From contig CP158635.1 of the NCBI GenBank assembly GCA_050273025.1, forward strand, positions 3,224,001 through 3,288,000: 64,000 nt of DNA, read 5' to 3'. The translations under genes and the position numbers were made by a program. Numbering within the stretch: position 1 is the first letter of the stretch; each line of letters begins with the position of its first letter. Source of the stretch: Cenococcum geophilum. Its lineage: Eukaryota. The notes below the pieces were generated by a model that ran no database searches, was not told the DNA's origin, and saw nothing but the letters and a program-made list of their open reading frames with translations. Below are positions 11,024 through 22,606 of this stretch, piece after piece.

Positions 11024-13079
11024 TAGTAGATATAAAGCTTTAGTGGAGCTTTAATAAAGCTCTATATGGAGCTCTATATATAGCTTTAAAGGAGCTTTAT
11101 AGAGAGCCTTAAGCAAAGCTTTATATAGAGCTTTAAGTAGAGTCTTTAGTAGAGCTCTATACGGAGTCTTAGCAAAGCTTTATATAAAGCTTTAAGGGAG
11201 CTTTATAAAGAGCCTTAAGTAGAGCTTTATATAGAGCCTTAAGTAAAGATTTAAGTAGAGCTCTATATAGAGCTTTAAGCAGAGCTTTAAGTGGAGCTTT
11301 AAGCAGAGCTTTATACAAAGCCTTAAGTAGAGCTTTGTGTAGAGCCTTAAGCAGACCTTTAAGTAGAGCTTCGAGCAGAGTTCCGTGTAGAGCTTTAAAT
11401 AGACCTTCAAGCAGACCTTTAAGCAGACCTTTAAGTAGCTTCGTGTAAACCTTTAAGTAAACTTTTAAGTAGAGCTTCGTGCGACATTTAAGTAGAGCCT
11501 TTAGTAGAGCTTTATGCAGAGCTTTAGTAGAGCTCTACGCGGAGCTTTAGTAGAGCTCTATATAGAGTCTTAGTAGAGCTTTATAGAGAGCTTTAAGGGA
11601 GCTTTATAGAGAGCCTCTGGGAGAGCTTCATGCAAAGCCTTTAGTAGAGCTCCGTAGACAGCCCGTATAGAGCTTATATAGAGCCCGTAAAAGCCCCGTA
11701 TAGAGCCCCTAGTAAAGCTTTAATAGCTAGGGAAATTAATTATAGAGTCTAGCTTTAAGCTAACGTATTCCACCGGCGAGCTGCGAACACCAGCGAGCTG
11801 CGAACCCCAAAAACCACCAAAAATCGGAAAAAGTGCACCTTAATATCTCGACAATGGCTTAATAATAAATTCTAAAATTTTATAATTAGCCTTTTATGCC
11901 TATATTAAGACTCTTAATAAAATTCTAGCGTAATAAGCCTGGCCGTTACCTGGCCGTTATTGAAATATTGGGTTTTGGCCCCCAATCTTAAGCTAAATTA
12001 CAATATCTTTAGAGCTATTTAATAGATTACTTTTTAAATCTAATAAGAGGTTTAAAATAGGTATGAAAGGCTAATTATAAAATTTCAGAATTTATTATTA
12101 AGCCATTGTCGAGATATTAAGGTGCACTTTTTCCGATTTTTGGTGGTTTTTGGGGTTCGCAGCTCGCTGGTGTTCGCAGCTCGCCGGTGGAATACGTTAG
12201 AGTTATTATAGATTAGTAAACTCTTAGTTAAATATAGCACGTACTAAAACTAAGTTAGAGGCTTAACTAAAGGCTTTATACGAAGCTCTGTTAAAGGCTC
12301 TACTAGAGGCTCTCTATAAAGCTCTACTAAGACTCTATATAGAGCTCTACCGAAGCTCCGCGTAGAGCTCTACTAAAGCTCCGTATAGAGCTCTACTAAA
12401 GGCTCTACTTAAATGTCGCATAAAGCTCTACTTAAAAGTCTGCTCGAAGGTCTGCATAAAGCTACTTAAAGGTCTGCTTAAGGCTCTACTTAAAGGTCTG
12501 CTTAAAGGTCTGCTTAAAGCTCTATACGGAGCTCTGCTTAAAGGTCTACTTAAGGCTCTACTTAAGGCTCTGTATAAAGCTCTACTTAAGGCTCTACTTA
12601 AAGCTCTATACAAAACTCCGCACGAAGCTCTGCTTAAAGCTTTACTCAAAGCTCCGTACGGAGCTCTACTCAAAAGTCTACTTAAAGCTTTGCTTAAAGG
12701 CTCTACTCGAAGCTCTATACGAAGCTCTACTTAAAACTCTATATAAAGTTCTACTTAAGGCTCTTTATAAAGCTTTTTAAAGCTTCGCGTAAAGCTTTAC
12801 TAAGGCTCTATATAAAGCTCTACTAAAGCTATATATAGAGCTCTATACGGAACTTTACTAAAAACTCTGCTTAAATCTTTATATAAAGCTTTACTTAAAG
12901 CTCTACTTAAGGCTCTTTATAAAGTTCTGTTTAAGGCTCTTTATAAAACTTTACTTAAGGCTCTCTATAAAGCTCCTATAAAGCTCTATATAAAGACTCC
13001 GTATAGAGCTCTACTAAAGCTCCGTATAAAACTCTACCAAAGCTCTATATAGGGCTCTATTAAAGCTCTATATTTACTA
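11024..13079. mobile_element. Foldback-like element: two long inverted arms of tandem ~12-bp AGAGCT-core units around a short spacer; TA-flanked termini
   Basis: Left arm units resemble GTAGAGCTTTAA (11024-11740) and right arm units resemble TTAAAGCTCTAC (12260-13079). Termini are TA-tagtagatata... and ...tatttacta-TA. No coding capacity. Confidence 0.75.
11763..12197. mobile_element. MITE (435 bp), Fot1/pogo-type, TA target duplication, ~150-bp TIRs
   Basis: TA-acgtattccaccggcgagctgcgaac...gttcgcagctcgccggtggaatacgt-TA, with >100 bp of perfect inverted repeat. The empty site is seen in the second foldback copy near 13780 (agctttaagcTAaaattattata). Confidence 0.9.
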
Positions 13080-13654
13080 TATATTAAATTAAATTAATTT
13101 TTATTGACGTTAAGTTCTTATATAGATTAATATTATACTAGATTATATAAAACTATTAAGCCTTAATTAGTAGGAAGTAGATTCTATTTATAGAAAATAG
13201 ATATTATATAGTAGGGATTAATTATTTATAAGTAATCCTTTTAGGATATTTATATATTTATATATACGTTTTTATAGACCTATTTTATAAATAAGTAAGG
13301 AGTAAAGTAGTATTATCTATATCTACTTAACCCATTATAGGCTCTATACCTATAGTTAAATCTATTAAATTTATAAAACCTATAGCTTTTTAAAGTATAT
13401 CTTTCTAAGGTTAAAATTTTAAAAATTAATATAGTTATTACTTTATTTTTAAATAAAAGTTTTATTAATTAGTTTTTAATAATATAGCTCTATATTAAGT
13501 AAAGCTACTTTATACTAAGTAAGGTAGACCTATAAAATAGAGTAGCTAAATATAGAAGTACTTAATATTGGTATTTATACGTTCTTAACTTTAGTATATT
13601 TTTATAGGTAGTAACTACTTATCTCTTTAATAACTAGCTAATTACTTAAGGCTT

Positions 13655-14133
13655 AATAGCTTTAGCAGAACTCCGTATAGAGCTTTAATAGAGCTCTATA
13701 TAAAGTCTTAGTAGAGCTTTATATAGAGTATTAAGTAGAGCCTTTAGTAGAGCTTTATACAGAGCTCTGTATATAGCTTTAAGCTAAAATTATTATATAT
13801 TAGTAGACTTTTAATTAAATATAATATAGGCTAAAACTAAGTTAGATACTCTACTAAAAGCTCTACTAGAAATCTCTATATAAAGCTCTATTAGAGGCCC
13901 TCTATAAAGCTCTATAAAACTCTATATAGAGCTCTACTAAAGCTTTATATAGGGCTTTACTAGAAAGCTCTATACGAAGCTCTACTAAAGGCTCTCTATA
14001 AGGCTTCCTTAAAACTCTACGCGAAGCTCTATATAAGCTCTACTAAAAACTATACTAAAGCTCTACTAGAGGGTCTATATAAAGCTCTATTAAAGCTCTA
14101 TATAAAACTCTATATATAACTCTATATCTACTA
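13655..14133. mobile_element. Second, partial copy of the foldback element (no MITE)
   Basis: Same 12-bp arrays in inverted arrangement, same spacer (..taaaactaagttaga..) and same right terminus tatctacta-TA. Confidence 0.75.
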
Positions 14134-15050
14134 TATACTTAATCTATTATAGGTCTTATCCTTACTTTTAGTCTCTTTAGTAACTACTACTGCCGTAGTA
14201 AATATATAGACGCACTAGTATTTTAAGCTTTACTCTCCTATTATAGAGCCCCTAAGGGGCGCCTATTCGCCCCTTTACCTTTTTATACTATTTCCTTTAT
14301 AACCTAAAACTATTTTAGGGTACTCTAGCTAATAAGCTACTAGGTAATTACCTTAAGGCCTTTTTATATTAAGAGTATTATATTATAGTCCTCTATACTA
14401 GCTACTAAAAGTATTATTTTTTAGCTAGGATATAGGGAGTATACTAGTATTACGTACTTTAGTATTTATCTTAGCTAGCTATACTTATACCTATAGTTAT
14501 CTACTAGGACTCCTATTCTATAGAGTAAGTCTTTTAGTCCTATTACCCCTATTCCTAAAAGCGCTACTATTATATTTTTTACCTTTATTAGCCCTTAGTA
14601 GAGTTTTTAAATACTTACTCTCTATAGTATTAGCCATAGTATAGCTTACTTTTATTTTACCTATAGCTTATATATAACTCTTTAGCATTAGTCTATCCAA
14701 TACTATATTGTAGTAGTTAGCTTTTTAGTATTCTTTAATACCTTATTCTAGTTCTTTTCCCTTTTTTATTTTTATTTTTATCCTTATTAGCCTCTTGTAT
14801 TTATTCTCTACTTCTATATATAAGCTTAGGCCTTAGCGCGGCGCTATTTCTCTTTTACTTCTTCCGCCTATTTTACTAATACATCTTTCCTACTCTAGGA
14901 GGTCCTTCCTTAAGAGGCCCTAGGGCCCTTTTATACCCTACTTAGGTATACCCTAATATATTTTATAATATTATAGTTATACTCCTCTAGCGCTTTCTAT
15001 ATTATAGTAGCCTAGATATATAACTAAAGGGGGGGATATATTTTTCTTTT

Positions 15051-18000
15051 ATTAGGAGCTCTTGCTGCACCCGGCCCAAAAAGACCAAAAACAACCAAAA
15101 GAACCCTGAAAAACACCCAGAGAATCCCCCTGAGATGCATGCATCGCAGGGGAGACACACGTCGAACGACGGTGGTTCGCACTCGCGCGCGCCTACCAGA
15201 ACCACGCCCAGCAATAGCCCTCTACAATAAGAACGGGCGAATACTATACCACAAAACGGAAAGACCTCTATTAAGAAGGCATCTAACAAAATATAAAGCC
15301 TATTAGATGCGTCTAGTATCTATAGTTATAGGGAAGCGACCGTTAGCTATAATGAACTAATATAGCTAGTAGAATAGCTCCGCTAATCTAGCGTACCTTA
15401 GGTGCCTCTTTAGCAAACCCTTAACCAAATCCTCTAACGGCTAAGTAAAATTAAAAATAAATAAAATCCCTCCCTACCGGCGAACCGTACCTAGGCCGCT
15501 GTAGCTGCGCCTCTATAGTATAGGGAGCCTACCCCCCTAAAGATAATATCTAAATATATAATTATAATATAACTAAATATAGAGAAAGTAGAGGGGCTTA
15601 GGGGATAATTAGAAATAGAAGTTTTTATAGAAATTTATAAAGAGGTTTATAACGCTATTATAGTCTAATACCTTAGGAGCGGAGATATTAAAATCACCCT
15701 AAGGGACTAATAGGTAAAGGAATAAGCTATAAGGGTAGGGGATAGGCTAGGAGAACGTATTAGTATAAAAGTACTCTATAAAGATTACCTAGTTAAAGTC
15801 CTAGTGGTTCCCTTAAGCCTTAGGGTAGAAAAGGGACGCCAGGCGAATAATACGGCAACTATATATAAGATAGTAAAATAAACGGAACGCCTTATACTAG
15901 GACTTAAGATCACCCAAATCTAATAGCTTTAATAGGAAAATGTAAACTAAGTATATAATAAGAATAATAAAAGAATATAAGGGTCGCTAGAGACTCGCTA
16001 GGGAGACACTGGTTAAACGTATAGCTCCCTTATTATTAGCATATATATAATAATAATAATAATTCATTGCTTAATGTCCGATTCGGATCCCTATTAGGCC
16101 CACGCGGACTACTCCTTATTTATATGTGGGGAGAAAACTCTATTTAAGAAAAATGAGAAAACCCCGTGATCCATCTCCCCGCCTTTTAGGACTCGCCTGC
16201 TTAGCGCCTATGAGTCGCCTATGGTGCTTTACTACCTTACTATTTGACCTCCTTAGGAACCACTGCTGCTGTAACAAGCCTACGGACGCGCTAGTATTAT
16301 AAACTATTACTCTACTACTGTAGAGTTACTAGGGGGCACCTGCTGTTTGCCCCCTTGCCTTTTATTACCATTTCCCTTGCAACCCGGAACTGATTTAGTA
16401 TATTTTAACTAATAAGCTACTGGGTGACCGCCTTAAGGCCTTTTTATGTTGAGAGCAGTGTATTATAGTTCTCTGTGCCAGCTGCTGAGAGTATTATTTC
16501 TTAATTGGTGCGTAGGGGGCATAGCAGTATTACGTGTTTTGGTGTTTGTCTTGGCTAGCCATATTTATATCTTGGGCTACCTACTGGGATACCCACCCAG
16601 TAAAGCCAATCTTTTAGTCCTATTATTCCTATTCTTAAGAGTATTGCTATTATGTTTTCTGCCTTTGTTAGGCCTTCTTAGAGCCCTTGGGTATTTACCC
16701 CCTATAGCGTTAACTATGCTATGGCTTGGGTTTGTCTTGCCTAAGTCAGCCTCTATACCTTTGACTTCTATTTACCTCTCTAGCGTTGGTCCAACCAGTA
16801 TTGTATTGCGGTAGATGGTTTCCTGGCATTCTTGTGTATTCTACTTTAGCTCCTTTCTCTGTCTTGCTGTTGTCTTTACTGACCTCTTGCGCGTCTCCCT
16901 TCCTCCTCTATATAGGCCTGGGCCCTAAAGCGGCACCATTTTTCTTCTGCTTTCTTTACCTGATTAGTATATATATACTAGGAATGCAAAAACTTCTTAT
17001 CTAAAAAGGTATTATTATAAATAGCCTTATATATAACGCAAGGCTCTATAACTATAAACTTCGCCTAAAATAATGCTACTGCTATATATAATAGGGACAC
17101 ACCCAATCTATATGCGTAGTATAGGTGTGCTACGGCCACTATATAGGCCCCTATAATATAAGAAACTGCTTAAATTAAAACTAAATAAAATACGTAAACT
17201 GCCACTAAAGCATATATAAGGCGTGGGAGAGAGGAGACTGTATTAAATATAGGAAACGGAAGGTAAGGGCTTAACAGCTATAGGAATAACTGCACGCTAG
17301 GTTATATAAATAGAAACAACAGGCGATAAGCTAGGGGGGCGTAGGTGCCTTTTTAGCATTTCCTACCTTTAATACCGGGGGGCTAGGCCAGCCATCCTAA
17401 GCCTTAACGGGCTAAAAGCGTTGCCGCGCGATATTACTAGACTATATAGGGATATAAGGGTTATAGGGGACATAAGGGAGAGGATGCCCTATAGGAAGAC
17501 TATTATGGACAGCTATAGTAAGCTTAAGACCAGGATAATTAAGAATTAGACTTAATACGGTAAATATAATATTTATAGCCAACTCTTAAAGGGTATATAG
17601 CTAACTAGTAAGAATAGGGGAGGAACCGGAGATAATAATAGATTTAGATATAGAAGCGCTACTAGGAATATAAGATACGGGAATAAAAAGCTCTATATAA
17701 AATAAGTAGTAACTAGGATATAGATATAAGAGACAGAAGCTCTAAATATCCTAGAGAAAGTAGAAATAGAGGAAGTAAGGAATAAAGGAGAGGCGAAGGA
17801 CCCTCGCTAGGGGTCCGCCACCTATCCATTATATAGTATAACTGCGGTAATATAAACCACCGTCTTACAAGGCCCTTGCTAGACAGCTTAGACCTAGAGA
17901 AATACTACATCCTTACTATATAAGAGCCGTATTATAATACCTACATACAATTAATATACTGCCCCTAAGGATTCTAGCTCCTATATAAACTAAAAGCAGC

Positions 18001-21000
18001 TATATACGTATACTTTATAATTAGCAAGGCTATCAGCCTATCCTTATAGTTATGGCAGGCAGTTAACCTAGATATTACAGTTATAATAATCTAGATATAT
18101 AGGGGACCGGTTTAGATTATTAATGTATATAACCCTAGGGTTAAAGGGGTCCTATAAATAGAGAACATTATATTAGTAATAAGCTTACTAGAAACCGAAG
18201 ATATAGAGTCTATCCTATTAGGAGATATAAACCTCTACCACCTATAGTGGGGGGGTATCTATATTGCTGCCGAACAATAGGTAGAGTGCCTACTAAAAGC
18301 TATAGACACCTAGGGCCTTAAGCTAGCCACCCCCCTAGGAGCAATTACATGGCAATGAGGTACCGCTAGAAGTATAATTAACCTTATATTTATGGACGAA
18401 GGCCTATACTAGAGACTTAAAAGGTATAACCCTAAAAAAGAATAGGCACTCGCTTTAGACTATATCCCCATCCAAATACAGCTAGATCTAGATATTAAGG
18501 CATAATTAAATAGCAAAAGATATGTAATAAGAAAGCTTAAGACAGACAGCTTCCTTAATATAGTTAAATAACAACTTTAAGACCTAGAAGAAATCCACCC
18601 AATACCAAATAAGCGAGGCTTAGTAGCTACCCCTAAGGAAATCGACTAAAGACTAGAAAGGATCCAGGCAGCAATTAAAAATGGGTTAGAAGAGCACTGC
18701 CCAGTCTTAAAAGCGGGCCCCTATGCGCGACACGCATGGTCCGTATAATGCGCGGTTCTTATTACTAGCTAATAACGAGCAAGAAGAAAATATATAAGTA
18801 GCTATAATCCTAAAGATAAGAGACATTATAAAGACATAAGAAACTAGCTAAAGAATACCCTAAAAAAAGAAGTAAGGAATAGCTGGAGACGGTTTATAAA
18901 TAAGTATACTACTAACCTGAGCCTCCCCTATAATAAAGGTCTTTAGAGGATAGCAAAATAGGCAAAAAAAAAAGGCAGGACGTCCAGTAGAAGACCTATA
19001 CCTTCCGCCCCTACAAAGACTAGGTAAATTACTGGCTATAAGCGACAATAATAAGAAGGCAAAAATCCTTATAGAAAGATTTTTCCCCTAACCAGCTTTA
19101 ATAGACCTTAGCAATATTACAGGCAAAGCACTAGTGACTTACCTAAGGGTTAATAGTGATATAACAACCGAAGAAATAGCCAGAACTATTAGCCGCCTTT
19201 TAAATAACATAGTACTAGGACTAGATGGGATCCTAAATAAAGCCCTAAAGACCTGCGGACTACTAATAGCACCTTAGCTTGCGGATATAGCTAAAGTATA
19301 CTTTATAATAGGCTACTACCTAAGACTTAGAAGAGCTATAACAACGTTTATCCTACGTAAAGAAGGCAAAGTAGACTACTTATTTCTAGGGAGCTACCGC
19401 CCTATTACCTTAGAGAATACCCTTAACAAGATCTTAGAAAGGGTAATAGCGGACCATATAGCAGATATAGTAGAGGAATACGCCCTACTACTACAAAGCC
19501 AAATAGGGGCAAGAAAGAACCGCTTAACACTATCAGCACTTACGCTACTCACTACTACTATTAAATTAGTATAGGCGATGCGAAGGGACTTTATAGTATT
19601 AATACTTAGCCTAGATATTAGTGGCGCCTATAACAATATACCCCATAAGCGTCTCCTATACATCCTTAGAGTAAAAGGCTTCCTAGAATAGATTATACAA
19701 TTTATTTAAGGGTTTACAGGCCAAAAAGAAACATTATTAGTCTTTAGCGGATACTAAAGCCCCCCTATCGCAGTTACAACAGGAATACTATAAGGATCAC
19801 CCCTCTCGCCTATACTTTTCCTTTTCTTTATAAGCAACCTACTTAACTCCTTTAAGGAAGGGGCAACCTAGGGGATAGGCTTCGTTAATAACATAAACCT
19901 AATTATATATAGGCTAATAGCCGTAGAGAATTACAAAATGCTAAAGAAAGCTTATAATACCTATATAGAATGGGCAAGACAATATAGAGTCTAATTCTTA
20001 CTAGAGAAGTACTAGCTAATCCATTTTATAAGAAAACGCAACTAATCTATAGATCTTTAGCACATAATTCACATCTAAGGCTTTAGGGGTCAGCCAGTTT
20101 AGGGCCTAAGAGTATTAGGAGTATAGGTAGACAGTAAGCTCCGGTAGAGCGCATATACGGCCTAAGCGGCCCGTAAGGGCTAAGCACAGTATATCGCATT
20201 ATCTAGGATCGTTAATTCTACATAGGGCCTATGCTTTTAGAGGTTACGCCTACTATATATAGCAGTTGTCCGGCTAACCATAACGTATAGGTCCAGTATT
20301 TAGGCCATTAGAGAATCTAAGAAAGGCCCCCCTAAATTGCTCCTTAAACCACTCTAAAAGGTCTAAACAGCCTACCTCTAGAGTATAATAGGCGGATATA
20401 AGCGAACGGCTACAGCACTACTTGAGAAGGAAGCTAATATTCCCCCCCTACAACTATATATTAAAGCCGCTGTAATATAAAGGGCGCAAAAGGAACGCAA
20501 CTCTAATGTTATAAAGTATATTAAGATACGCCTAAATAAACTATAGAGGGACTCTAGGGCGCCTTATAGGAGAACAAACCAATAACCCTAAAGTAGGGAA
20601 GATATATTAGAGAAATAGGTAAAGAAAGCAGAAGAAGAATGGTACTGCTTTAGGGCCTAGGCCTATATAGAGGAGGAAGGGAAACGCGTAAGAGGCTAGT
20701 AAGGACAACAGTAAGAGAGAGAAAAAAGCTAAAGTAAAGCATAAAAGAACGCCGGGAAACCAACTACCGCAATACAATACTGGCTAAACCAACGCTAGAG
20801 AGGCGTATAGAAGTTAAAGGTACAAAGGTTAACTAAGGTAAGAAGAACCTAAGCCGTAGCATAGTTAACGCTATAGGGGGTAAATACTCTAGGGCTCTAA
20901 GAAGGCCTAATAAAGGCAGAAAATATAATAGTAATACTCTTAAGAACAGGAGTAATAGGACTAAAAGACTGGCTCTACTAGGTAGGTGTCCTAGTAGGTA

Positions 21001-21533
21001 GCCTAAGATGCAAATATAGCTAGCCAAGATAGACACTAAAGCACGTAATACTACTATACCCCTTATATACTAACCAAGAAGTAATACTCTTAGTAGTTAG
21101 CATAAAGAACTATAAGATACTGCTCTTAATATAAAAAGGCCTTAAGGCGGTTACCTAGTGGCTTATTAGCTAAAATATACTAAACCAGTTCCGGGTTATA
21201 AAGGAAATAGTAATAGAAGGTAGGGGGGCAAGTAACGGGTGCCCCCTAATAACTCTATAGCAGTAGAGTAAAGTTTACAATACTAGCGCGTCCGTAGGCT
21301 TGTTACGGCAGCAGTGGTTCCTAAGAAGGTTAAAAAGTAAGGTAGTAGGAGCACTATAGGTGACTCGTAGGCGCCTCGCAGGCGCCCTGTAGGCGAGTTC
21401 CAAAAGGCGGGGAGATAGATTACGGGGTTTTCTTAAATAGAGTTTTCTCCCCACATGTATATAAGGAGTAGTCCGCGTAGGCCCAATAGGGATCTAAATC
21501 GGACGTTAAGCAATGAATTATTATTATTATTAT
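15051..21533 (+). mobile_element. Near full-length Tad1-like LINE copy B: ORF1 gag-like with CCHC knuckles (~15135-17800), ORF2 AP endonuclease + RT + C-terminal zinc knuckle (~17830-21215), (TAT)n tail
   Basis: De-RIPped motifs QYNC/ILAIQEP, LGDMNLHHP.WGG, GPDGIPN, SYRPITLENTL.KILE, SLDISGAYDN, GIPQGSPLSPILF, GFVDD, LRTGVIGL..WL...C.CG..RQT.KHVIL.CP. A 14-bp TSD tatatttttctttt lies at 15037-15050 and 21534-21547. Confidence 0.9.
16050..16962 (-). mobile_element. 5'-truncated LINE copy C (same family) inserted into ORF1 of LINE B
   Basis: Reverse complement of the last ~0.9 kb of LINE B including the tail. ~15-bp TSD attag(c/t)atatatata at 16035-16049 and 16963-16977. The empty site is visible in LINE A near 25700. 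Confidence 0.9.
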
Positions 21534-21729
21534 TATATTTTTCTTTTTCAAGTTAGTGCTATAGCCGTTCGCTTATATCTATATATTATTCTCTAAAAAT
21601 ATACTATTTAAACGCTTTAAAGTGGCTTAAAAAGCGTTTTAGAGGGAAACTTTTTAGTTTCTTTAATAGCCTAAATACTAAAGCTATATGTTATAGTTAG
21701 CCAGATACTCGCTATATATAGTAGGTATA

Positions 21730-22606
21730 TAAAGGTATAGTTTAAAAGTTCCTAGCCTTTCTATACTATAAATGCGCTACTAATAAGCTGTAATATTACT
21801 TTTTAGCGTTTTAGATTAGGAATAAGGCTAGTATAAAAGATAGATTATATCTCTTTATAATAAGAGTATAGATATATAATATTATAATAGCTACTAAGTA
21901 TAGTAATAATATATAGAATTACTACTTCTACCTACTACCTCGCCTCCTTATTTATATAGTACCTTATCTAGCACCTTATCTAGTCCCTCGCCAATTACTA
22001 TAGCTTCTTTTCTTTTAATAACTTAGCCTACTACTACTATATCTCCTACTACTATTATAGCTCTTACTTAGGCTTAATAAACGTATTATTAAGTAGCTTA
22101 ATTAGTAGGTGGCGTTATAGGTTTTATTATAGCTTTAGAGGTAGAGCTTATAGTAGTCTAGGAGGTAATTTAGGAGGTAACTCTAGAGGCTCTTAAGGTG
22201 GTTCTTAGGGCGGTTTTTAAGATAGTTTATAAGCTTCTTATATCGCGAAAATAGCAGTAAGGGTAGTTCTAGTAGCACTTTTAGCTATTACTACTAGTGC
22301 CTTCTTTAGAGCACGCTGCTATAGCTTTAGCTATAACTCTTCTATTATAAATCTTTATAGTTAGGACCTAAGCCCTTATATAGATATAATATAAGTTACC
22401 TATTATAAACAGTAAGATATATTAAGGATTTAATAGATTTTAAAAGCTTATAGAGTATAGTATTAAGGGGAGAGTTTTATATACCGGGGGGTTATAGTAT
22501 ATACCTTAACCCCGCGGTATACACTAAGTATCGCTTACGCTAAACTAAACTACTAAATACCAGCGCATAATATAGGGGGGCTAGGAACTTTTAAACCATA
22601 CCTCTA
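21730..22606 (-). mobile_element. Internally deleted Tc1/mariner-like DNA transposon, ~28-bp TIRs, TA TSD
   Basis: TA-taaaggtatagtttaaaagttcctagcc...ggctaggaacttttaaaccatacctcta-TA, with LINE A continuous on both sides. A de-RIPped N-terminus near 22400 (..DI.TRAQVLTMK) resembles fungal Tc1-like transposase starts. Confidence 0.7.

Noticed and set aside
11192..12673. Periodic ORFs (LKLY.. and RALS.. repeats) at 11192-11410 and 12428-12673
   Set aside because: Translation artefacts of the 12-bp tandem arrays in the foldback arms.
11024..13079. Possible CRISPR-like or telomeric array
   Set aside because: Units are contiguous and degenerate with no unique spacers, they are not TTAGGG, and the context is eukaryotic with no cas genes.
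13085..13650. AT-rich segment that can be de-RIPped on the minus strand into a P450-like FxxGxRxCxG motif near 13340
   Set aside because: It needs too many assumed reversions and has no independent support; left unassigned.
16446..17004. Hydrophobic membrane-protein-like ORFs (also 20833-21036 and other short ORFs in the AT block)
   Set aside because: Off-frame or antisense readings of RIP-mutated LINE and LTR sequence.
22481..22520. 14-bp hairpin ataccggggggtta..taaccccgcggtat
   Set aside because: Lies inside the Tc1/mariner element near its TIR; a single occurrence with no evidence of separate function.
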